DNA from: Minisyncoccota bacterium
GTDB taxonomy: Bacteria; Patescibacteriota; Minisyncoccia; Phycocordibacterales; CAINVO01
Assembly: GCA_028714275.1 (NCBI GenBank)
Contig: JAQTMP010000002.1
Span: 1 to 36,504 of the forward strand
Direction: 5' to 3'
Length of the DNA: 36,504 bases
Under the pieces are notes generated by a model, which saw nothing but the letters and a program-made list of their open reading frames with translations, did not search any database and was not told the DNA's origin. Of this stretch, positions 25,316 to 33,459 are shown piece by piece (the stretch's first letter is position 1; each line of letters opens with the position of its first letter). A program made the position numbers and the translations under genes.

Positions 25316-25423
25316 CATCGTAGTTAAATCAGCATTTTTAGGTGTTTTATACATCACATCGAAAGGACTTTTAAGCCTCATTTGAGCCACGGTTTTGTTT
25401 TTAAAAGAAAGGTTCCAACATAA

Positions 25424-25800
25424 ACTTTCAATCACCCACAAGAGGCTATGTGTTTTGTAAAACAATTCAAGAAAATTGGTAAGGTTATACCAATGCATTA
25501 TCGCCGTGGGTAGTATCAGACCAGGTCGCCATGGTCCAACAGAATTTTATATCAATGTATAAATCTTCATTTGGTAAGGACCCATTCGTTACTTCCTATT
25601 TTGTCTATGATGGTGCCACCTTACTCGGTCAAGCAAATAAAAGTTGCAATGGAGATGCAAGATGTATAGAAAATTATTTTTATAGTAATAAAGATTTTTC
25701 TGGAGTTCTTGGAAAAGTAACGTATCAACCAAACGGTCAAGTACAAAGGACCTTCTATTTTGATCAGGTGCAGAACGGCAAGTTTGTCGAGGTAAAATAG
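25424..25800 (+). pseudogene. decayed 3' remnant of a type I periplasmic-binding-protein (LivJ-like) gene
   Basis: Two frames carry consecutive C-terminal SBP-like segments: ...FVKQFKKIGKVIPMHYRRG* (25424-25510), then ALSPWVV...FISMYKSSFGKDPFVTSYFVYDGATLL...GVLGKVTYQPNGQVQRTFYFDQVQNGKFVEV (25483-25800). The N-terminal roughly 250 aa are missing. Confidence 0.5.
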
Positions 25801-25907
25801 CTCTAGAAAGCAATATTTAGGTCTACACTATACAAAAAATCTTACACAAGCTTAAAAATTATACAAAATAGCAGAAAATCTGCCCGTTCTAGTCATCTCA
25901 GAATGGC

Positions 25908-25950
25908 TTGACGGCATAAGGTATTGCTATATACTTAGTCTAGCTAACTA
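25908..25950 (+). promoter_or_regulatory. sigma-70-like promoter with a candidate MarR operator
   Basis: TTGACG (25908-25913), a 16-nt spacer, and TATACT (25930-25935). The near-palindrome TAGT-C-TAGCTA-ACTA (25936-25950) follows immediately, about 20 nt before the marR ATG. Confidence 0.4.
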
Positions 25951-25969
25951 TTAGCCATAATAACAAACT

Positions 25970-26401
25970 ATGCCATCTAGCCCAACGCCCACCAACAATA
26001 TCAGTATAGGGGAGCTGCTCCTTGCTTTCAGGAGAAAAATGAATGCCTGCACAAAAAAAGGCTCCTTTGAGAGAGAGCTGACTTTTTCTCAGATGGAAAT
26101 CCTGATGTTTATCGGACCCTCAGAAAAAAAGAGCATGGAGAGCATAGCGAAGTATTTGAAAGTCGCTCCGCCTTCAGCTACGTCCCTGATAGAAAAAATG
26201 GAAAAAGCCGGCCTGGTGCTCAGAAAAAAAGATAAAAATGACCGAAGGGTTGTCTTTATCGAGCTTTCACCCAAGACTAAAAAAATGATTGCCGTTTTGT
26301 GGAAAAAGAAAGAAAAAATCCTCGACAAAATAGTCTCGAAACTCAATCCCACAGACAGAAGTCATTTTAGACGCATTATGAAAATTCTCATCAACGACTA
26401 A
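25970..26401 (+). CDS. MarR-family transcriptional regulator
   Basis: Winged-HTH block LTFSQMEILMFIG...IAKYLKVAPPSATSLIEKMEKAGLVLRKKDKNDRRVVFIELS. Confidence 0.85.
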   Translation: MPSSPTPTNNISIGELLLAFRRKMNACTKKGSFERELTFSQMEILMFIGPSEKKSMESIAKYLKVAPPSATSLIEKMEKAGLVLRKKDKNDRRVVFIELSPKTKKMIAVLWKKKEKILDKIVSKLNPTDRSHFRRIMKILIND

Positions 26402-26406
26402 TCTTT

Positions 26407-27519
26407 ATGAAAAAACATCTAATCACTTTTATTCACAAGCCCGTTCTCGTTTCCACCGTTTCGCTGGTTGTGGCAGCCGGTATTTTGGGAGTAGCCGAAT
26501 ACCGCAACCTCAAGTCACCTTCTGCTCCTCAATTTTCTCTGGCCAGCTCAAGTGCCAATATAGATGTCAGCACGAGTACAGACGTAGCAGCCTCCCAGCA
26601 CGTATTGTTGAGCTTTCTTTCGAGTGGGCGCGTGGCTACTGTCTCGGTCAAAGTGGGTGATCAAGTAAAAAAAGGCATGACCCTGGCCACCCTAGATCCC
26701 GAAAGTACTCTTGGGGCCTTGACTCAGGCCCAGGCCACGTATGCCTCAGCTCAGGCCAACTATGCAAAGGTAGTCAATGGGGCCACCGCTTCGACAGTCG
26801 ATGTGGCTCAAGCGGCTATAGACACAGCCAGTCAAAACCTAGAGCATATTCTCCAAAATTCTTTTACTCAGATAGACAATCTCATCCGCACGGATGTAGA
26901 CAATCTTTATGTCAATCCCAATTTTTATGCGCCTCGATTTGAGATTACTTTTTTTGATCCGACTATCAACACCAACACAAGCTTAGTCCCAAGTGATTTA
27001 AATTTAAAACTGGATCTTGAAAATAAAAGAGTGGATATTGGTAAGCTTCTGGCTGCTTGGAAAGTGGCTACAAGCACAGATAGCCAAACTACGGCCCAGG
27101 TGACCTTGGCCAATCTCACAGTGGTTAAGAATTACCTTGCGGAAGTGTCTGATGGACTGAACTCTATCACTTACGACGCCAAATATCAGACCAATATGGA
27201 CAAATATAAGGCCAATGTAGCTATGGCTCGCTCAGCTGTCGACACGCTTATCAGTAGTATTCAGAGTGCAGAGCAGGCTCTGACGACTGCCAATACAAAC
27301 GCTAGCGTGGTCACGACTTCTGCTCGTCCAGAAGATGTAGCCGTGGCCAAAGCCAACATGGACAATGCTCTTGGAGCTCTTCAGATTGCTCAGGCCAACT
27401 ATAACGGCAGGATTATTATTGCCCCAGAGGACGGCACAGTGACGGCGGTACATATAAATGTAGGGGAAACCGCGGTGGCCAATGTCTCAGCTATAGAAAT
27501 TTCAGGGCAAGGAATTTAA
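26407..27519 (+). CDS. HlyD-family membrane fusion (periplasmic adaptor) protein
   Basis: TM anchor, lipoyl-like VSVKVGDQVKKGMTLATLDP, a long Ala/Gln-rich coiled coil, and C-terminal IIAPEDGTVTAVHINVGE. Confidence 0.7.
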   Translation: MKKHLITFIHKPVLVSTVSLVVAAGILGVAEYRNLKSPSAPQFSLASSSANIDVSTSTDVAASQHVLLSFLSSGRVATVSVKVGDQVKKGMTLATLDPESTLGALTQAQATYASAQANYAKVVNGATASTVDVAQAAIDTASQNLEHILQNSFTQIDNLIRTDVDNLYVNPNFYAPRFEITFFDPTINTNTSLVPSDLNLKLDLENKRVDIGKLLAAWKVATSTDSQTTAQVTLANLTVVKNYLAEVSDGLNSITYDAKYQTNMDKYKANVAMARSAVDTLISSIQSAEQALTTANTNASVVTTSARPEDVAVAKANMDNALGALQIAQANYNGRIIIAPEDGTVTAVHINVGETAVANVSAIEISGQGI

Positions 27520-27528
27520 CTCAAATAT

Positions 27529-28215
27529 ATGCACAACGAAACAATCGAAAAAATAGAAGAGGAAGTAAAGACAATCGAAAAGAAAATAGAAAAAACGGGT
27601 GTTTTTAAAAAACCCTGGGTGCAAAGCCTGATAGCCATGGTATTAATTTTTGGGGCCCTCGGGGGTTTTCTTTATTGGCAATCAGTCCGGGGAAATGTTT
27701 TCGTGGAAAATTCTTACCTGAATGCTCCAATCGCAAACATGGGGCCAAACACACCAGGAGTCCTAAATGCTATATACGTAAAAGAAGGCGACAGGGTGAC
27801 TGCTGGCCAGCAAATCGCCTTGGTTGGATCCGAAACACTTTTTGCCAAGGATAACGGCTTGGTGGCCAACGCACCAGAAGTCGTGGGCAGCTACTTTACT
27901 CCAGGCCAGACTATTGTCTCGATCGTAGCCGATCAACAGATGGAGGTGGTCGGATCACTAAATGAAACAGATGGTTTGAAAAATATAGCTTCTGGTCAAC
28001 GAGCCACTTTTACGGTCGATACTTTTCCCGGAAAAGTGTATGAAGGAGTTGTGGATAAAGTCGGAGTCACCTCGGACGACACGGGTGTTATTTTTTCAAT
28101 CTCCGATAAGCGCCCAGTCAAAAAGTTTAGCGTATACGTCGCCTTTGATGTCAGTAAATATCCGGAGCTCAAAAGCGGCATGTCAGCCAAGATTACGGTC
28201 CATACTCTAAAGTAG
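27529..28215 (+). CDS. HlyD/EmrA-like membrane fusion protein (short)
   Basis: TM anchor, YVKEGDRVTAGQQIALV, and the FTVDTFPGKVYEGVVDKV beta-barrel motif. Confidence 0.7.
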   Translation: MHNETIEKIEEEVKTIEKKIEKTGVFKKPWVQSLIAMVLIFGALGGFLYWQSVRGNVFVENSYLNAPIANMGPNTPGVLNAIYVKEGDRVTAGQQIALVGSETLFAKDNGLVANAPEVVGSYFTPGQTIVSIVADQQMEVVGSLNETDGLKNIASGQRATFTVDTFPGKVYEGVVDKVGVTSDDTGVIFSISDKRPVKKFSVYVAFDVSKYPELKSGMSAKITVHTLK

Positions 28216-28225
28216 GACTTAAAAT

Positions 28226-29719
28226 ATGGAAAAAACCATGGAGGACAAAGATTCCAAAATGCGCTGGTGGATTTTGGCTACCGTCATCATCGGCACATTT
28301 TTGGGTCGCCTTGACCAGACTATCGTCAATCTCGCCCTGCCGAAAATTATCAATGATTTTAATATTACAGTCACGGCTGCCGGCTGGATTGCTACGGCCT
28401 ATATCTTGGCCAATGCAGTTTTTGTGCCTATTTGGGGAAAACTGGGTGACACCATCGGTCGAAAAAAAGTTTATATTCTAGGCTTCGCCATTTTTATTTT
28501 TGGCTCAGTGCTAGCTGGTCTCGCCTGGAATCTTCCTTCGCTGATCGTTTTTAGAGTCATACAGGCGATTGCAGGGTCGGCGGATTATCCTACCGCGATG
28601 GCTATCATTGCGGTCACTTTCAAACAAGGCAAGGAGCGAGGTCAGGCTCTCGGTATCTGGTCCTCATCTTTTGCAGCCGCCTCCGTTTTTGGACCTTTGA
28701 TAGGCGGGCCCCTCATCGACAATTTCGGTTGGCGCTCAGTTTTTTTGGTAAATTTGCCGGTAGGGTTGCTAGGTGTCTTTATGGCCCTGCGTTTTATTCA
28801 CGAATCGGTGTCAGAAAAGAAGACGGTTTATTTTGATTGGTGGGGGGCGCTTAGTCTGGGTGGCATGCTTTCAGCTCTAGTGCTCGTGTTGGACAAAGGC
28901 TCTGATTGGGGCTGGACTTCTTTGGCTAGCACGGCGTGCTATTTTTTGATCATGGCTCTGCTTTGGGTCTTTATCAAAATAGAGCATCATGCAATCGAGC
29001 CAATCGTTGATTTGAAAATGTTTAAGATTCCTGCATTTCTCAATGCCCTAGTCAATAATTTTATTGTCTTCATGGGTTTGATGGGCGGACTGTTTCTCAT
29101 TCCCGTCTTTGCTCAGACTTTTTTGGGATTTAATGCTACAGAATCAGGCTATCTTTTTATGCCGATGGCTGCTGCCCTCATGCTCGCTGCTCCGATCGGA
29201 GGCGCCCTAGCTGGCAAAGTCAAAGCCAAGTATGTCATTTTTGCCAGCACCATTGTCGCCTCTATCGGGCTCTATTTCTTTTCTTTCCTGGATGTAAAAT
29301 CAACTGCCATTGATATTATGTTGCCACTTTCTCTCATGGCCTTTGGGCTGGGTTTTGGAATGGCTCAGCGCACCAATCTCGTTGCATCTGTGGTAGAGCC
29401 TCATGAAATAGGAGTCGCTTCGTCTATTTTGGCTCTGGTTCGAAACGTAGCCGGAGCTTTTGGAATCGCTATTTTCGGCACAATCCTGACCAACCGCATC
29501 GCGGCTAATATTTTTAATATCAACAATCTCAGCTTTCTCAACAGTCAGCTCGGAACAAATGTCCAAAAATATATTGGCTTGGTAGAATTGAAAGCTCAAA
29601 TCGATGCCTATGATTATGTTTTTCTCATAGCCACCCTGATCGTGTTCCTCGGCTCCTTTGCGGTGCTATTTTTGAAAGTTAAAAATGAGAGAGCAGATGT
29701 AAAGGTAGTCGTAGAATAG
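28226..29719 (+). CDS. MFS transporter, DHA2 (EmrB/QacA, 14-TMS) type
   Basis: LDQTIVNLALPKI, GKLGDTIGRKKV (motif A), and about 14 hydrophobic segments. Confidence 0.85.
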   Translation: MEKTMEDKDSKMRWWILATVIIGTFLGRLDQTIVNLALPKIINDFNITVTAAGWIATAYILANAVFVPIWGKLGDTIGRKKVYILGFAIFIFGSVLAGLAWNLPSLIVFRVIQAIAGSADYPTAMAIIAVTFKQGKERGQALGIWSSSFAAASVFGPLIGGPLIDNFGWRSVFLVNLPVGLLGVFMALRFIHESVSEKKTVYFDWWGALSLGGMLSALVLVLDKGSDWGWTSLASTACYFLIMALLWVFIKIEHHAIEPIVDLKMFKIPAFLNALVNNFIVFMGLMGGLFLIPVFAQTFLGFNATESGYLFMPMAAALMLAAPIGGALAGKVKAKYVIFASTIVASIGLYFFSFLDVKSTAIDIMLPLSLMAFGLGFGMAQRTNLVASVVEPHEIGVASSILALVRNVAGAFGIAIFGTILTNRIAANIFNINNLSFLNSQLGTNVQKYIGLVELKAQIDAYDYVFLIATLIVFLGSFAVLFLKVKNERADVKVVVE

Positions 29720-29724
29720 AATCT

Positions 29725-30876
29725 CTATTTTTTATTGAGAGAGGTGCGAGTAGCTGGTCCAACATTGCCTAAAGTGTTGATACCGTGGGCGCTCTGATAA
29801 AGGATGACAGCGGCTCTGGTCAGAGATCCATAGTAGCTGGTGATGGGTCCAGAGTAGAGACCCTCAGCCGTCAATCTTTTTTGAAGCTCGGTCACGTCAT
29901 TGCCTGTCGAACCAAGGTCTAAGGGCTTGTTGAAAATGAAACCGTCTCCTTTTGCAGATGAAACGGCACCATTGCCAGTGACAGTGAGGGTGAGCTGTGT
30001 GCTGGCGGTAGTGTTGTTGATATCAATGGCATTGATAGAAATATTATGGGTACCTATATCTTGGGTCTGAGGTGTCCAGGTAAAATTACTGCCGTTGAGA
30101 TTGCCGTTGTCCAAAGTGTTGTTGCGAAGCGAGTCTCCGAGAGTGTATGTGGGGGAAGTCAGACCATAAGGGGTGATAGTCAATGTCACAGGCACACCTG
30201 CAGAAATATTAGAACCAGAAGTATTTTGAACACTAATACCGTTCACTGTGATAGTTTGGTATAGAGTATCAGTCCGGCCATTTGAAGCACTCACTCTGAT
30301 GGAAAGATTGTGGACCCCTACATCGCTAGTCTTGGGTGTCCAGGCCACATTGCCGGCGGAGCTTATGTTGCTACTTGAAATACTGCTGCCCGCAAAGGTG
30401 TCGCTAATTAAAAATGAAGGATTGCTGAAACCTTGGGCTCCTACGCTGAAAGACAGAACATTATTTGGAAAAATATTTGTGCTGGGAGAAAGATTTTGAA
30501 TGGATAGAGCGGAGAAAGGTCCAACCACCAAAGTCTGAGTCAGGGTACTGCGAAAGCCATATGAATCGATCACCGTGAAAGTAATGTTATGGGTGCCAAT
30601 ATCCGTTGCTCCAGTGGCCCAACTAAATCTACCAGTATTGCTGATGTTTGAATTTGAGAGGGTACTGCCGGGGAGAGAATCGCTTAGGATGTAGGATGGA
30701 TTGCTAACGTCTGGAGCATTTATCTGAAAAGATATAGTGCTGCCAGCTGGAGTGTTGGCATTTGGGGTGATGGTGCCAATAGACAGGGAACTAGCGTCTG
30801 CTAAAGCTGGAGCGAGTAAAAAAGGCAGTAAAAATAATATTAAAAATAGATTCAAAAAATGGATATTTTTTTTCAT
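29725..30876 (-). CDS. secreted protein with three Ig-like repeats and a C-terminal peptidoglycan-binding domain
   Basis: Signal peptide. Three repeats of about 90 aa share the pattern ...SF.(I/V)....SNPS(Y/F).(I/L)SD...GS..S.SNIS..G...W.P...D(I/V)G.HN(I/L).... The C-terminus GNDVTELQKRLTAEGLYSGPITSYYGSLTRAAVILYQ resembles PG_binding_1. Confidence 0.7.
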   Translation of the reverse strand: MKKNIHFLNLFLILFLLPFLLAPALADASSLSIGTITPNANTPAGSTISFQINAPDVSNPSYILSDSLPGSTLSNSNISNTGRFSWATGATDIGTHNITFTVIDSYGFRSTLTQTLVVGPFSALSIQNLSPSTNIFPNNVLSFSVGAQGFSNPSFLISDTFAGSSISSSNISSAGNVAWTPKTSDVGVHNLSIRVSASNGRTDTLYQTITVNGISVQNTSGSNISAGVPVTLTITPYGLTSPTYTLGDSLRNNTLDNGNLNGSNFTWTPQTQDIGTHNISINAIDINNTTASTQLTLTVTGNGAVSSAKGDGFIFNKPLDLGSTGNDVTELQKRLTAEGLYSGPITSYYGSLTRAAVILYQSAHGINTLGNVGPATRTSLNKK

Positions 30877-30955
30877 GTCTACATATTATACACTTTGTCT
30901 GCCCATTATGTATAATAGGTGTATAATAAAAAGATTAGTATAACCTAATAAAAGT

Positions 30956-31210
30956 ATGAACAATTTCAATACAAATTATGCTATCGGTGTCGGAGCGCCT
31001 ACTTGGCTCCATGTTTTTGGACCAGGTTTAGCCATCTTGCTTTTGTGGAGTATTTTCTGGAAGGGTCTGGCTTTGTGGCACTCAGGACGACGGGGACAGT
31101 CAATCTGGTTTATTCTTCTTCTCATCATCAATACGGCTGGTATTCTTGAAATTATCTATCTTTTCTTCGTCGCTAAACTAAAACTTTCTGAACTTTTCAG
31201 TAAGAAATAA
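30956..31210 (+). CDS. small two-TM membrane protein (84 aa)
   Basis: WSIFWKGLALWHSGRRGQSIWFILLLIINTAGILEIIYLFF. I recall this pattern as a small family common in CPR genomes (possibly DUF5652, unverified). Confidence 0.55.
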   Translation: MNNFNTNYAIGVGAPTWLHVFGPGLAILLLWSIFWKGLALWHSGRRGQSIWFILLLIINTAGILEIIYLFFVAKLKLSELFSKK

Positions 31211-31288
31211 TTGTTTGCAAAGCCTGTTGAGGTGTGGTTTACTCTGATACAGAAACTTTAAAATGAACAAATTGGAAAGGTTAGGATA

Positions 31289-32626
31289 ATGAAAAAATTC
31301 TACAGTGTTTTGCGGGTAGCTGGTAATTCCAGAATGGGAGGCAATCCGGATACTGAAGCAGACAAAGCTTTTGATTTCCTCGGATTCAGCTCGGAGCAGC
31401 TCAACGGCCATGCTTACAAGGCCAGTCGTCCAAAGGTGGGTGAGCGGTTTGTAGTCGAAGCCAACATGAACACCAAGACTGCCGGCACCTTCGTCCTGTT
31501 TCGTTTTATGGATGAAAGGTGGGAGGAAATCCTTGGTGGACGCATCACCACGACCAAGCAGGACGATGCAGCCACCACCAACACGTTTTCGTGCATTGGG
31601 GGCCAGTTTTCTCGATTGACAATCATCACTCCAAACGAGCCGATCGCCACACATTTCCAAGATTTGCCGACCGGCACCTTGGTGTCAGCCGTCAACAAAG
31701 AGGAGGGTGTGATCACCCTCAATTCGCAGGGAGAAGAAGTGGTCGGGGAAGAAAAAGTGGTGTTTCTTGATGTCAGCGATATCCGGCGTTTTGAAGGTCA
31801 GCCAAGGATTTTTTTCAATTCAGAAAAACTCCGGGCGCTGGGTGACTCGATCAAGGGGATCGGTCAACTCAAGGCCATCAGTGTTTGGCGGCTGCCTGCC
31901 GATGAAATCGGTGAGGATGGCTGTCATTTTGAACTCGATGATGGAGAACGCCGGTGGCTGGTCCACCAGCATGTGGGATTGAAGAAAATCAAAGCCATCA
32001 TCAAGACAGGCAAAAGGAAAAATCTGCTCGAGCGCTTTACGCTCTCTTTCGTGGCCAACCTCCATGCGGAGCCGCACACCACGTACGAGATTGCCAAGGC
32101 TATCCTCTGGATTTATGAACAGGTGAAAGATCCGGCCGAAATTCACAGGAAAACTGGACTCAGCATTCCGCTGATCTACAGTTATTTGCGGCTGAAAAGT
32201 CTTTCTCCCGCTTTGCTGGAGCAGATGAGTCCCGAGGTGCCGGAGAACAATCGGCTTCGTCTTGAACATGCTAAAACGCTTGCCGGTATCAAGGATCTCG
32301 ACGAGCAACAGCGGATTTACGACGAGGCCTACGGTCATTCGGAGAAAGGGATCAAGACGGTCAGCCGGACGATCAAGGTCTTGGTGGCAAAATCAGAAGC
32401 CGAGCTCAACTTTGTGCCCAGAAAAAGAAGTCCTCGAAAGGCCGCCACCCGAGCGGTCCAAAACTTGCTCAATTCGCTGGTGGAGCTCGACACCAATGAA
32501 ACGGGGCTAAAGCACCACCTCCTCTTTACCACAGAAATGGGTCGGAGGGAGGTTGAAGAAGCTCTACAAAGGGCGGTGATAATTATCCCAAGGCTCCTCA
32601 AGGTGGCCAAAAACATGGCCTCCTAG
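31289..32626 (+). CDS. ParB/Srx-fold protein with HTH and an N-terminal extension of about 165 aa
   Basis: ParB N-domain boxes are EGQPRIFFNSEKLRALGDSIKGIGQLKAISVWRL and DDGERRWLVHQHVGLKKIKAII (GERR box). The HTH region is KTGLSIPLIYSYLRLKSLSPALLEQM. The N-terminal 165 aa are unassigned. Confidence 0.7.
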   Translation: MKKFYSVLRVAGNSRMGGNPDTEADKAFDFLGFSSEQLNGHAYKASRPKVGERFVVEANMNTKTAGTFVLFRFMDERWEEILGGRITTTKQDDAATTNTFSCIGGQFSRLTIITPNEPIATHFQDLPTGTLVSAVNKEEGVITLNSQGEEVVGEEKVVFLDVSDIRRFEGQPRIFFNSEKLRALGDSIKGIGQLKAISVWRLPADEIGEDGCHFELDDGERRWLVHQHVGLKKIKAIIKTGKRKNLLERFTLSFVANLHAEPHTTYEIAKAILWIYEQVKDPAEIHRKTGLSIPLIYSYLRLKSLSPALLEQMSPEVPENNRLRLEHAKTLAGIKDLDEQQRIYDEAYGHSEKGIKTVSRTIKVLVAKSEAELNFVPRKRSPRKAATRAVQNLLNSLVELDTNETGLKHHLLFTTEMGRREVEEALQRAVIIIPRLLKVAKNMAS

Positions 32627-32644
32627 GGTTCCACTAGTTCCCTT

Positions 32645-32696
32645 AAAAAAATAATGCCCGCAGCGTCAAACGACACGCTGCGGGCATTTATGTTTT
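32645..32696. terminator. bidirectional intrinsic terminator
   Basis: A 14-bp perfect stem, AATGCCCGCAGCGT (32653-32666) with ACGCTGCGGGCATT (32675-32688), flanked by AAAAAAAT and TATGTTTT. Confidence 0.85.
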
Positions 32697-32700
32697 GCCT

Positions 32701-33459
32701 TCAGGACTTCAGGAGAAGCGAGGAGTACTCCACTTCCTCCACCGCCTTCCAGTATTCCTGGTCAGAGGCGATGGCTTCGCTTTTTCCATTGGCCAGGTAT
32801 CTCCACACTCCTCGGAGTACCACCTCCACCTCGGTATTCAAGATATTCACCATCTGGGCGAAGACCTTGGGGTCAGGATTGACCTCAGCGTAGGACCCAA
32901 GTCCATACCGCACACAAAGAGCCTCCTTGACCTCAGCAGGGAATTGGGTGCGCGAAACAATTGCTTGCCTCGCCTCTTCAATTTTTTGCTTTCTGGTTTT
33001 GAGGATATTCTCGACCTCCTTGATCTGGGAAGGGAAGAGTTTTCCCTGCCGATTCCAGATTTGCGAAAGATCTCCGCAGAGAATGGAAAGGGTATGCTTT
33101 GCCCTCACTTTTTCCAGTTCACCATTTAGACTTTCAGTCGAGGGGATCAGATTTGCCTTGAGGTTGAACTCGCAGCAAGACTCGTTGATTGGGATGTTGA
33201 AATCGTCGCACGCAAGTCTGACCGCCAAGGCTTCAGGTGACTTGTTGGTTCCTGATTGGCGGACAAGGGTGCAAAGACGTTCCAAGATACTTTCGATGGA
33301 GTTGTTTTTTGCGGACACGTTCCCGAGTAACACCAAATTCACTAGCGGTTTCCTCCAAAGTCCTACTCGGGCCGTAGCCGAAGAGACCATTTTTGGTGAA
33401 GAAAATCCTGCTTGAGCTGCTAGAGGCCACATCTCCATAGAGGTCGCAAACATACTCAT
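32701..33459 (-). CDS. ORF overlapping the 3' end of the sigma gene; either a frameshifted continuation or a separate protein with a weak sigma region-4-like C-terminus
   Basis: 252-aa ORF in the +1 frame relative to the sigma gene, overlapping it by 227 nt. There is no internal ATG until aa 203. The C-terminal EVKEALCVRYGLG...VVLRGVWRYL (32794-32937) faintly resembles sigma-70 region 4. The true 5' end is unknown. Confidence 0.45.
   Translation of the reverse strand: MSMFATSMEMWPLAAQAGFSSPKMVSSATARVGLWRKPLVNLVLLGNVSAKNNSIESILERLCTLVRQSGTNKSPEALAVRLACDDFNIPINESCCEFNLKANLIPSTESLNGELEKVRAKHTLSILCGDLSQIWNRQGKLFPSQIKEVENILKTRKQKIEEARQAIVSRTQFPAEVKEALCVRYGLGSYAEVNPDPKVFAQMVNILNTEVEVVLRGVWRYLANGKSEAIASDQEYWKAVEEVEYSSLLLKS

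Noticed and set aside
25256-25498. 80-aa minus-strand ORF
   Set aside because: It overlaps tRNA-Gln and the decayed binding-protein remnant on the other strand, and has no motifs.
31178-32338. Minus-strand ORFs (160, 102 and 172 aa) opposite the ParB-like gene
   Set aside because: They are antisense to a frame that carries clear ParB boxes. The 160-aa ORF also runs into the preceding gene's 3' end.
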